64,000 nt of DNA, taken from the NCBI GenBank assembly GCA_045593025.1, contig JAZNVW010000016.1:44537-108536 (forward strand), in the 5' to 3' direction. The position numbers and the translations under genes are program-made. The first letter of the stretch is position 1, and each line of letters begins with the position of its first letter. The DNA comes from Ruminococcus sp. GTDB taxonomy: Bacteria; Bacillota; Clostridia; Oscillospirales; Acutalibacteraceae. Shown here one piece after another: positions 19,650-28,394 of this stretch. The notes beneath the pieces were generated by a model. It was not told the DNA's origin and did not search any database. It saw only the letters and a list, made by a program, of their open reading frames with translations.

Positions 19650-20830
19650 AATTTATACATCACATCCACTACTTCCCCGTTTCTCACATAAACACGGGGG
19701 ACACGTTTTGAAACTGCACAAATGATTTCATAATTTATTGTATCGGCAAGGCTTGCCAGCTCACTTGCAGTAGGCGTATTATTCTCACCATTTGAGAACA
19801 CCACAACCTCATCACCGATTTTTACATCTTTAATGTGGGTAACGTCTATCACAGTCTGGTCCATACAAACTCTGCCGAGAATTTTTGCTTTCTCACCTTT
19901 TACTGTCATATATCCTTCTTTTGAAAGATTGCGGAAGTATCCGTCAGCATAGCCGATAGGTACAGTTGCAACCACCATATCATCCTGAGCTTCAAAGGTT
20001 CTGCCGTAGCTGACTGTTGAACCTTTGCGAAGCTTCTTGACAAAAGCTATTGAAGTTTTGAGAGTAAGTGCGGGCTTCAGTTTAATTGCAGCCTCCAATG
20101 CAGGATTGGGAGCAAGACCGTAAAGAATAATTCCTGCTCTGACCATCGAAAGGTGAGCGTCCTTGTAATACTCCACGGCACCGCTGTTTGCGTGATGGAC
20201 AAGAGGAAATGTAACACCTCTTTGTGCAAGAGATTTCACTGTATGCTCAAAAGCTTCAAGCTGTCTGAGAGTATATTCCTTGCCATCTTCTCCCTCGTCG
20301 GAAACTGCAAAGTGTGCCATAATACCGCAAGGCTTCAAACCAGGCAGAGAACAAGACAGCGCAATCTCGTCAAGTGAAGGATTATCCTCAGGGAAGCTCT
20401 GGCACATAAAACCGATACGGCTCATACCTGTGTCAATTTTTATGTGTATATCAACACATACCCCTGCTTTTTCTGCATTTTCTGACAGAGCTTTTGCATA
20501 GTCAAGTCCGTACACAGCCTGAGTAATATTATTCTCAGCAAGAGTGTGTGCAAGAGAAACAGGAGTATAGCCTAAAATAAGCACAGGTTCATTGATGCCG
20601 TGCTCACGAAGTTCCAAGGCTTCGTCAATATTGGAAACCGCAAAGAAATCTGCACCGAGGCGTGAATAAAGCTGTGCAAGCTTTACCGCACCGTGGCCGT
20701 AGCCGTCTGCCTTGACAACACAGCAAATCTTTTTATCCTTGCCAACATAAGCACGGATTGCATTGAAATTTTCTTCAAGAGCACGAAGGTCAACCTCTGC
20801 CCATGTACGCTTTATTATATCCAATTCCAT
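19646..20830 (-). CDS. alr: alanine racemase
   Basis: 394 aa with the PLP-lysine motif CCVVKADGYGHG and the C-terminal pattern RVCMDQ. Confidence 0.95.
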   Translation of the reverse strand: MELDIIKRTWAEVDLRALEENFNAIRAYVGKDKKICCVVKADGYGHGAVKLAQLYSRLGADFFAVSNIDEALELREHGINEPVLILGYTPVSLAHTLAENNITQAVYGLDYAKALSENAEKAGVCVDIHIKIDTGMSRIGFMCQSFPEDNPSLDEIALSCSLPGLKPCGIMAHFAVSDEGEDGKEYTLRQLEAFEHTVKSLAQRGVTFPLVHHANSGAVEYYKDAHLSMVRAGIILYGLAPNPALEAAIKLKPALTLKTSIAFVKKLRKGSTVSYGRTFEAQDDMVVATVPIGYADGYFRNLSKEGYMTVKGEKAKILGRVCMDQTVIDVTHIKDVKIGDEVVVFSNGENNTPTASELASLADTINYEIICAVSKRVPRVYVRNGEVVDVMYKL

Positions 20831-20977
20831 TTATATTCCTCCTGACTTTTTCATCAGAATAAAGGATAAGTAAAATTCACATAGATACCTATGTTAATTA
20901 TATTACTAAGGTGTAAATAAATCAATATTTAAGTCAAATAAAAAGCCTTCTCCAATAAAGGAAAAGGCAAATAGAAT

Positions 20978-21769
20978 TTATTCTGATTTGGTTTTTCTGC
21001 GGTGAATCACAAGATATAAAGCCACACCTGCAAGGGTAAGAAGGCTTATCCATTGTGATGTGGAAAATATAAGGACACGCCCCCTTATTTCATCACCTCG
21101 CAGAAATTCAAGGAAAAACCTGAGCACAGCATAAGCACTCAGATAAAGCACCATAAGTTTTCCTGTAAATTTCCCTTTGAGCAAGAAAATCAAAAGTACT
21201 GAAAACAAAATCAGAAGGCAGAAAGCTTCCAATAATTGAACGGGAAACCGAAAAATATGCTCGCTTGCTCCCGAGGGAAGCACCCTGCCATCTATGCCGT
21301 GTTTCCACTCTATTCCGTAGCAACAGCCTGCGAAAAAGCACCCTACTCTGCCAAAAGCGTGAAATAGCGGAATAAGCACCGAAAAGGTATCTGCCATTTT
21401 TCCTGCAGGATAATGATTTTTGCGAATCCACAGAAAGCCTGCAAGCAGTCCGCCGTAAAGCCCGCCGTAGAAAACCATTCCGCTTGCTACGTCGTAGATA
21501 TATCTAAAAAACTCCCATTTATTCTCAAAGCTGTCATAATGGGAAAAGGCAGAAATAATATCGCCTGTACGGGTCAGTGCATACAGAAGCTTTGCTCCTA
21601 TAAAAACACCTATTCCGCCTATCATTGCAGTCAGGAGCACATCGTAAAAATCCAAATCTTTTTTCTTTGAGAGAACAAATCCTACTACGCCTGCCACCAG
21701 CACACCAAGCAGTGATATAAGTCCGTAAACAGGAAGTTCCAATCCGAATAGATACACATAAGGATGCAT
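20978..21769 (-). CDS. lgt: prolipoprotein diacylglyceryl transferase
   Basis: The Lgt pattern (HAFGRVGCFFAGCCYG) and a polytopic profile. The ATG at 21769 follows AGGAGA, so the listed TTG at 21790 is probably too early. Confidence 0.9.
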   Translation of the reverse strand: MHPYVYLFGLELPVYGLISLLGVLVAGVVGFVLSKKKDLDFYDVLLTAMIGGIGVFIGAKLLYALTRTGDIISAFSHYDSFENKWEFFRYIYDVASGMVFYGGLYGGLLAGFLWIRKNHYPAGKMADTFSVLIPLFHAFGRVGCFFAGCCYGIEWKHGIDGRVLPSGASEHIFRFPVQLLEAFCLLILFSVLLIFLLKGKFTGKLMVLYLSAYAVLRFFLEFLRGDEIRGRVLIFSTSQWISLLTLAGVALYLVIHRRKTKSE

Positions 21770-21773
21770 AGGC

Positions 21774-22184
21774 TTATCTCCTGCTGTCAAGGTAGCTTTG
21801 CAGAATTACCGTTGCCGCAACTGCATCAATAACCGCCTTGCGTTTTTTGCCGCGGGTGTTGGTTTCGTTTAAGTATCCGTGAGCAGTCACTGTTGTGCAT
21901 CGCTCATCCCAAAGAACAGTTTCAAGCCCTGTAGCCTCTGAAAGTTCCTGAGCAAAAGCACGGGCATTTTGAGCACTTTCGCCCTCTGAGCCGTCCATAT
22001 TGCGGGGAAGTCCCACAACCAAGAGTTCGGCTTTGATTTCTTTTGCCTTGCCTGCCACTTTCTCAAGGAGCACCTCTCTTTTGTGCTCAGAGATTACTGC
22101 CACAGGAGATGCAAGGTATTCTGTTTTGTCCGAAGCGGCAATGCCTGTTCTGGCTTTGCCAAGGTCAACTGCCATAATAATCAT
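21774..22184 (-). CDS. ruvX: Holliday-junction-resolvase-like nuclease YqgF/RuvX
   Basis: MAVDLGKARTGIA...LVVGLP.NMDG pattern. The start is ambiguous (22193, 22184 or 22175). Confidence 0.85.
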   Translation of the reverse strand: MIIMAVDLGKARTGIAASDKTEYLASPVAVISEHKREVLLEKVAGKAKEIKAELLVVGLPRNMDGSEGESAQNARAFAQELSEATGLETVLWDERCTTVTAHGYLNETNTRGKKRKAVIDAVAATVILQSYLDSRR

Positions 22185-22195
22185 GAGTTTCACCC

Positions 22196-23521
22196 TTAAT
22201 ATTCAATATAAACAACAATAACAGATTCCTGTGAAACTTCCTCTGTTGTCACATACTCATTACTGATCGCATTGCCAGAAAGCATAGTATTTGCTTTGTC
22301 AATGCAAGTAAAGATTGCATAATCCCCACTGTAAAAAAGATTGTTGCTTGCATCTTCATAATCAAGGTAATAGGGGTCTATATAAAGATAAATCTCTTCT
22401 TTATTGCTGTTTACGGCATCAACCATAGCTTGTGCAATACTGTTAATATTCTCTTCGTCAAATCCCGTTACCGTAACCGAGTTGTGTGAATAAAAGCTCA
22501 TTGTGTCGCTGTCGCAGTCAGGAATAAAGATATTGAAGTTTACAGCGCTTGAACCCTCACCAACTATTTCATCAGAACTAAGCTCTTCATAGAGAGGCAA
22601 AATACTGCGGTCTGAAAGCAACTGCTCTGTTGTAATATTGAAATGATTATAAGAAGCACCGTCCTGTCCTTTATCATCCCAGGTTACATCTGTGTAGTAC
22701 CAATCCCCGTCAAGATTAACGCTGTTCCACATATGAAGTTCATTATTACCTCTGCCGTAAACGCAGTAGCTCTCTATACCCAAAAGGCTGAGCATAAGCT
22801 GAGTAGCACGGCTGTAGCCTTCGCAGACAGCTACCCCGTCAACTATTGCACCAAGGCTTGTGTACACATTGATGTTTCCGTCTGTTCGCTGTTCTTCATC
22901 TGCGTACTTGCAAACTTCAATGAGCTTGTCGTGAACATACAACTCTCTGTCAAACTGCGAAAGATTACCCGGTAAACCAGAAAACATCGCTTTTAAGCCT
23001 GCGTGCATTTTCTTTAGATTATCTTCTGCCGCTTGTGCACTCATAGTTGAAGCCACCTGCAGATAAGTTTCAGAGGAGCTTGTATAATAAGAGAAAGAGC
23101 TATCAATCCAGAACACCTGGGGGTTATCAAAGACAAAGGCGGAAATTACAAAGTGAAGTTCTGCCTCGTGAAGCTGTGTGTTTTTCAAAGTTACAGGCAG
23201 AATGTTATATGATTCATCCTCTTCATCCTGTGAAATATAAAACACGTTTTGTTCAAGAAACTTGTAACATTCCCTCTGGGCATCACTTTCAAGGCTTTCG
23301 TATCCTTTTGCAAGCTCTGCTTTGGTATACAAATCCATACTGAAATCAAGAAGGCTCTTATCTATTCTGTCGTAGCCTTCGTATTCTTCAAAGGATGTTT
23401 GCAAATCAGTTGAATGTTCTGTTATGTCAGCTGATGAAGTCGGTGTATTCTCAGGCGTGCAGGCGCAAAAGCTCAGCACTAAAACCAAAACCAACGCCAA
23501 TGAAACAAAGCGTTTTCTCAT
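22196..23521 (-). CDS. lipoprotein with a transglutaminase-like cysteine-peptidase core
   Basis: Signal peptide and lipobox LVLVLSFCAC. A Cys...His...Asp-type core is present: GVAVCEGYSRATQLML, ELHMWNSVNLDGDWYYTDVTWDD. Confidence 0.65.
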   Translation of the reverse strand: MRKRFVSLALVLVLVLSFCACTPENTPTSSADITEHSTDLQTSFEEYEGYDRIDKSLLDFSMDLYTKAELAKGYESLESDAQRECYKFLEQNVFYISQDEEDESYNILPVTLKNTQLHEAELHFVISAFVFDNPQVFWIDSSFSYYTSSSETYLQVASTMSAQAAEDNLKKMHAGLKAMFSGLPGNLSQFDRELYVHDKLIEVCKYADEEQRTDGNINVYTSLGAIVDGVAVCEGYSRATQLMLSLLGIESYCVYGRGNNELHMWNSVNLDGDWYYTDVTWDDKGQDGASYNHFNITTEQLLSDRSILPLYEELSSDEIVGEGSSAVNFNIFIPDCDSDTMSFYSHNSVTVTGFDEENINSIAQAMVDAVNSNKEEIYLYIDPYYLDYEDASNNLFYSGDYAIFTCIDKANTMLSGNAISNEYVTTEEVSQESVIVVYIEY

Positions 23522-23596
23522 ATACTCTCCTAAGTTTCTTAATGGAAATAAAGGGACAGCAAAGTGTGCTGTCCCTTTGAGTTATTATTCAGTAAA

Positions 23597-25363
23597 TTAC
23601 TTGCTGAGTCTTTCTTTGAGGGAGTTAAGCTGAGCTCTGAGCTCCTCGGGAAGTCTGTCGCCAAACTTAGCATAGAACTCCTCGATGCCTGCTGTCTCGC
23701 CAAGCCACTTCTGGTTGTCAACCTCAAGGATGCTCTTGAGAACATCGATGTCCATATCAAGACCTTCAAGGTTGATGTCCTCTGCTGCAGGAACGTAACC
23801 GATAGCAGTCTCAGTAGCATCAGCCTCGCCGTTGCAACGCTTAACAATCCACTCAAGAACACGGAAGTTGTCACCAAATCCGGGCCAGAGGAAGTTGCCT
23901 TCGTCGTCAAGACGGAACCAGTTAACGTTGAAGATTTTGGGAGCCTTCTCACCGAGAACCTCACCCATATCAATCCAATGCTTGAAGTAGTCACCCATGT
24001 GATAACCGCAGAAAGGAAGCATTGCCATGGGGTCACGGCGAACAACACCAACTGCACCTGTTGCAGCAGCTGTTGTCTCGGAAGCCATAATAGAGCCTAC
24101 GAACACACCGTTGTTCCAGTCTCTTGACTGGTAAACAAGGGGAGTTGTCTGAGCACGTCTGCCGCCGAAGATGATTGCGGAAATCGGAACACCCTGAGTT
24201 GAATCAAACTGGTCGCTGATGCAGGGACAGTTCTTTGCAGGAGCAGTGACACGGCTGTTGGGATGTGCACCCTTCTTGTCACTCTCTTTGCCGTTCCAGG
24301 GCTCGCCAATCCAGTCAACTGCATTTGTGGGAGGATTCTTGTCGAGACCTTCCCACCATACTGTATTATCATCAAGGTTGTGAACTACGTTTGTGAAGAT
24401 TGTGCCCTGCTGAGTTGAAGCAAGAGCGTTGGGGTTAGACTTAACGTTTGTACCGGGAGCAACGCCGAAGAAGCCGTTCTCAGGGATGATAGCATAAAGT
24501 CTGCCGTCGGGACCCTTACGCAACCAGGCAATATCATCACCTACTGTCCAAACCTTGTAGCCCTTTGCTCTGTAGCCCTCGGGAGGAATGAGCATAGCCA
24601 GGTTAGTCTTACCGCAAGCGGAGGGGAATGCTGCGGAAACGTAGGTTACGTTGCCATCGGGGTCTTCAATGCCAAGGATGAGCATATGCTCTGCCATCCA
24701 CTCGTTCTGCTTGCCAAGGTAGGAAGCAATACGAAGAGCAAAGCACTTTTTGCCGAGAAGAACGTTACCGCCGTAACCGGAGTTAACGGAGATGATGTAG
24801 TTATCCTCGGGGAAGTGACAGATGTATCTCTTCTCCTCGTCGATATCGCAACGGGAGTGAAGACCTTTAACCCAGTCCTCACTGTCGCCCAGTGTATCAA
24901 GTACAGCCTTACCTGTACGTGTCATAATATCCATGTTGAGAACAACGTAGATGGAGTCGGTAACCTCAATACCAATCTGAGAGAGAGGTGAGCCGATGGG
25001 GCCCATGGAGTAAGGGATGATATACATTGTTCTGCCTTTGTAGCTGCCGCGGGCAATGTCAAAGAGCATCTCATAAGCCTTCTTGGGGTCCATCCAGTTG
25101 TTTGTAGGACCTGCGTCCTCCTCGTTCTTGGAGCAGATGAAAGTTCTGCCCTCTACACGAGCTACGTCGTTAACAGCTGTACGGTGGAGGTAACAGCCGG
25201 GAAGTTTCTCCTGGTTAAGCTTAATCATTTCGCCTGTCTCGCAAGCCTGTGCACGGAGTGCTTCAACCTGCTCACGGCTGCCGTCAATCCATACTACCTC
25301 ATCAGGTGTAAGGAGAGCCTTCATTTCATCAAGCCAATTGAGAACTGATTTGTTGTTTGTCAT
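23597..25363 (-). CDS. pck: phosphoenolpyruvate carboxykinase (GTP-dependent)
   Basis: 588 aa with GTP-PEPCK signatures (AAFPSACGKTNLAM, FGVAPGT, WEGL, NWFR.D..G.FLWPGFG.N.RVL.W). Confidence 0.95.
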   Translation of the reverse strand: MTNNKSVLNWLDEMKALLTPDEVVWIDGSREQVEALRAQACETGEMIKLNQEKLPGCYLHRTAVNDVARVEGRTFICSKNEEDAGPTNNWMDPKKAYEMLFDIARGSYKGRTMYIIPYSMGPIGSPLSQIGIEVTDSIYVVLNMDIMTRTGKAVLDTLGDSEDWVKGLHSRCDIDEEKRYICHFPEDNYIISVNSGYGGNVLLGKKCFALRIASYLGKQNEWMAEHMLILGIEDPDGNVTYVSAAFPSACGKTNLAMLIPPEGYRAKGYKVWTVGDDIAWLRKGPDGRLYAIIPENGFFGVAPGTNVKSNPNALASTQQGTIFTNVVHNLDDNTVWWEGLDKNPPTNAVDWIGEPWNGKESDKKGAHPNSRVTAPAKNCPCISDQFDSTQGVPISAIIFGGRRAQTTPLVYQSRDWNNGVFVGSIMASETTAAATGAVGVVRRDPMAMLPFCGYHMGDYFKHWIDMGEVLGEKAPKIFNVNWFRLDDEGNFLWPGFGDNFRVLEWIVKRCNGEADATETAIGYVPAAEDINLEGLDMDIDVLKSILEVDNQKWLGETAGIEEFYAKFGDRLPEELRAQLNSLKERLSK

Positions 25364-25508
25364 ATTGATAAAACTCCTTTCGGTGTATTTACATAGATTG
25401 ACCTAAAGTCATATATATTGTACCATAAAGCCTCATTCATAGCAATATATTTTTTGTTATATAAATGTTAAGCTTTTAACAAATTTTTATCATTTTTCAC
25501 AAAAGTAT

Positions 25509-26519
25509 TTACCGATAATCTATAGGGAGAGTTGCAACTGCATTAAGGTCAGTTTGAGCTACATTTGAACTCAAGAATTCATAGTAACCCTGAGAGCCGA
25601 CCATTGCCGCATTATCTCCGCAAAGCGAAAGCTCGGGCACATAGAGTTTGTATCCTTTTTCTTTACAAATTCTTTCAAGTTCACGGCGTAAAAGTCTGTT
25701 TGCAGAAACTCCGCCTGCGGCAACAATAGTCTTAACACCCAAGTCTTCTGCCGCTTTGAAAAGGTTATCTGTCAGACACTCAACAACAGCTCTTCTGAAA
25801 GATGCGCATAAGTCCTCTTTGCAGATTTCTTCACCCTTCTGCTGTGCATTATGCAAGAGATTAATAACCGCTGTTTTAAGTCCCGAAAAGCTGAAGTCAT
25901 AAGGTGAGCCTGCCACTGTGGGACGAGGCAGAACATAGGCTTTGTCGTTGCCTTCTTCTGCCACCTTGTCAAGTTCGATTCCGCCGGGATAAGGCATGCC
26001 CATAGTACGTGCCGCCTTGTCAAAGGCTTCGCCTGCCGCATCATCACGGGTTTGACCGATTACACGCATTTTTGTGTAGTCCTCCACCATAACTATGTGG
26101 CTGTGTCCGCCGGACACCACAAGGCAGAGAAAAGGAGGTTTGAGTTCTTCAGAGCTTATGTAATTGGCGGCGATATGAGAACGCAGATGATGAACAGGAA
26201 TCAGCGGTTTGTTTGTTGCAAGAGAAAGTCCCTTTGCAAAATTCACTCCTACAAGCAAAGCTCCGATAAGTCCCGGTGCAAAGGTAACTGCTATTGCATC
26301 AATATCCGAAAGTGAAAGCTGAGCCTCTGTGAGAGCTTCTCTTACCACAGAAGAAATCGACTCTGCGTGTCTTCTGGACGCAATCTCAGGCACAACGCCT
26401 CCGTAAAGTCTGTGTTCCTCAACCTGAGATGCCACCACTGAAGAAAGCACCTTCCTGCCGTCTTCAACTACTGCAGCTGCGGTTTCGTCACAGGAGGATT
26501 CTATACTTAAAATTCTCAT
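25509..26519 (-). CDS. tsaD: tRNA N6-adenosine threonylcarbamoyltransferase
   Basis: 336 aa: MRILSIESSCDETAAAV, GPGLIGALLVG-like motif, VSGGHS, AAGGVSAN. Confidence 0.95.
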   Translation of the reverse strand: MRILSIESSCDETAAAVVEDGRKVLSSVVASQVEEHRLYGGVVPEIASRRHAESISSVVREALTEAQLSLSDIDAIAVTFAPGLIGALLVGVNFAKGLSLATNKPLIPVHHLRSHIAANYISSEELKPPFLCLVVSGGHSHIVMVEDYTKMRVIGQTRDDAAGEAFDKAARTMGMPYPGGIELDKVAEEGNDKAYVLPRPTVAGSPYDFSFSGLKTAVINLLHNAQQKGEEICKEDLCASFRRAVVECLTDNLFKAAEDLGVKTIVAAGGVSANRLLRRELERICKEKGYKLYVPELSLCGDNAAMVGSQGYYEFLSSNVAQTDLNAVATLPIDYR

Positions 26520-26742
26520 ACATCTTCCCCTTTCCCGGAAAGTTTACAGTAATCACTAAAATCAAAAACCGAAAAATTCCACATTATATATTCAGTATAT
26601 CACAAACTCAAGCCCCGCACAATCATAATTACAACAAAACAAGGCAAAATAATTTACAAAACCTCATAGACTTTATTAAGATAAAGTAGTATAATACAGT
26701 TACAGGCAAATCCTGTAAAATAATAAGAGGATGTGAAAACAA

Positions 26743-27369
26743 ATGAAATTCACAGACAAGGTCAAAGAGACCTCAAAAAACACAAAACGCGAAATAGCCT
26801 TTGTGGACATAGCGTTGCTTCTTTTGGGCGTGCTGATGATAATTTTTCCCGAACAATCTGCAGATATCATCTGCATTGCAATCGGTGCAATCCTCGGCAT
26901 CTGGGGACTGGTGAGACTTATCACCTACTTTGCATCAGGCAAGGTTGAATCCTTCGGCTCCTTTGCTCTGGTTCAGGGTGCCGCACTCATCGGCTTCGGC
27001 GTACTGTTTATCATTCAGCCTGACATTCTGACTTCTTTTCTCTTTGCAGTACTTGCCATCGTGCTGATTGTAAGCGGTGTTATGAAGCTTCAGTATGCAG
27101 TTGACTTCCTTCGCCTCAAAGCAAAGTTCTGGTACATTTCCCTTCTGGGTGCAATAATCTCCATAACTCTGGGGGCAATCGTATTTTTTAATCCCTTCAC
27201 TGCAGCCAAGTGGCTTATGCTGTTCATCGGACTTTCTCTTACACTCAATGCTCTGTGGGATATAATTTCTGTAATTATCCTTACAAGAACCACAAAGAAA
27301 TTCATAAACACCAACGAGACGATGATAAACACAGATGCCTCAAAAGTTGAAGACACTGACGTTGAATAA
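26743..27369 (+). CDS. HdeD/DUF308-like membrane protein
   Basis: 208 aa with six hydrophobic helices in the repeated pattern typical of DUF308. Confidence 0.55.
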   Translation: MKFTDKVKETSKNTKREIAFVDIALLLLGVLMIIFPEQSADIICIAIGAILGIWGLVRLITYFASGKVESFGSFALVQGAALIGFGVLFIIQPDILTSFLFAVLAIVLIVSGVMKLQYAVDFLRLKAKFWYISLLGAIISITLGAIVFFNPFTAAKWLMLFIGLSLTLNALWDIISVIILTRTTKKFINTNETMINTDASKVEDTDVE

Positions 27370-27380
27370 TTCTCAAACAA

Positions 27381-27418
27381 AAAGCCTGCTTCTTTTTCTG
27401 AAGCAGGCTTTACTTTTG
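27381..27418. terminator. bidirectional intrinsic terminator
   Basis: 12-bp stem AAAGCCTGCTTC/GAAGCAGGCTTT between convergent genes. Confidence 0.7.
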
Positions 27419-27430
27419 CCGTAAATGTGA

Positions 27431-27961
27431 TTAGCCGAAGATTTCTTTGTAATCCGCTCTTGCCTTGCGGATAATATCCAGAGCTTTTTCTCTGCCGCTG
27501 ACTTCGTTTACAGCGGTATTTTTGTTCTCCAGATTCTTGTAAACCTTGAAGAAGTGCTTCATCTCATCAAAGATGTGCACAGGCAGGTCGGTAATATCCT
27601 GATACTGATTGTAGCTGGGGTCACCGAAAGGAATTGCAATGATTTTATCATCGCACCTGTCGTTGTCAATCATAGTTATAACACCGATAGGATAAGCCCG
27701 CACAAGTGTTAAGGGAGCCAGAGGCTCAGAGCACAGGAGAAGCACATCAAGGGGGTCTTCGTCCTCACCGTAGGTTTTAGGAATAAAGCCGTAGTTTGCA
27801 GGATACTGAGTTGAAGTGTAAAGTATTCTGTCAAGCATAATACAGCCAGTTTCCTTATCAAGTTCATATTTAGTTTTGCTGCCCTTGGAGATTTCTATAA
27901 CACAAACAAAATCATCGGGTTTAATTCTTTTTGCAGCAATGTCGTGCCAGATATTTGACAT
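27431..27961 (-). CDS. ppa: inorganic pyrophosphatase (family I)
   Basis: 176 aa with the signature YPANYGFIP.T.GEDEDPLDVL...D.KIIA. Confidence 0.95.
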   Translation of the reverse strand: MSNIWHDIAAKRIKPDDFVCVIEISKGSKTKYELDKETGCIMLDRILYTSTQYPANYGFIPKTYGEDEDPLDVLLLCSEPLAPLTLVRAYPIGVITMIDNDRCDDKIIAIPFGDPSYNQYQDITDLPVHIFDEMKHFFKVYKNLENKNTAVNEVSGREKALDIIRKARADYKEIFG

Positions 27962-28042
27962 ATACGTCTCCCCTTACATAGTAATGGGACTATTATAACA
28001 CCCTATTCCCAAAAATGCAAGTTTTTAGAACCAATCCTGCAA

Positions 28043-28083
28043 AAAAAGAGCAGACTGAGAGTACTCAATCAGCTCTTTTTTTA
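28043..28083. terminator. putative terminator after the RyR operon
   Basis: Imperfect hairpin AGAGCAGACTGAG..CTCAATCAGCTCT flanked by A- and T-runs. Confidence 0.5.
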
Positions 28084-28089
28084 TAGCAA

Positions 28090-28374
28090 TCAATCTTCTT
28101 TTGTAATCTTGTATCCCATAGATACAATCAACTTCACGGTTTCCATTGCTGTGTTGCGGTCGTAGTCCTTTTCGCTTTCAGAAAGCTCTGAATATGGCAC
28201 AAGACTCGGTGTGGTCTTTTTTGTATCATCGCGGAATTCTCCGTATGTCCAACCTTCATCGATTCTTCCCTTTGCCCATACCTCATGGACATTCTCTGCA
28301 ATTTTCTCAGACAGCAAGAGCAAATCCTGAGAAAGCACCACAGAACTCGTATCCGCAGGTTTTGGTGTATACAT
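28090..28374 (-). CDS. stand-alone RyR (ryanodine-receptor repeat) domain protein
   Basis: AENVHEVWAKGRIDEGWTYGEFRDDTKKTTPSLVPYSELSESEKDYDRNTAMETVKLI matches the RyR-repeat pattern. The ATG at 28374 is 6 nt after AAGGAGG; the ATG at 28380 abuts the RBS. Confidence 0.75.
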   Translation of the reverse strand: MYTPKPADTSSVVLSQDLLLLSEKIAENVHEVWAKGRIDEGWTYGEFRDDTKKTTPSLVPYSELSESEKDYDRNTAMETVKLIVSMGYKITKED

Positions 28375-28394
28375 ATTCATCCTCCTTCAGTAGT

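Noticed and set aside
23539-24127. 172-aa and 187-aa ORFs overlapping the 3' part of the PEPCK gene
   Set aside because: They are shadow ORFs within or antisense to a highly conserved enzyme gene. Their S/T/L-rich composition is implausible for real proteins.
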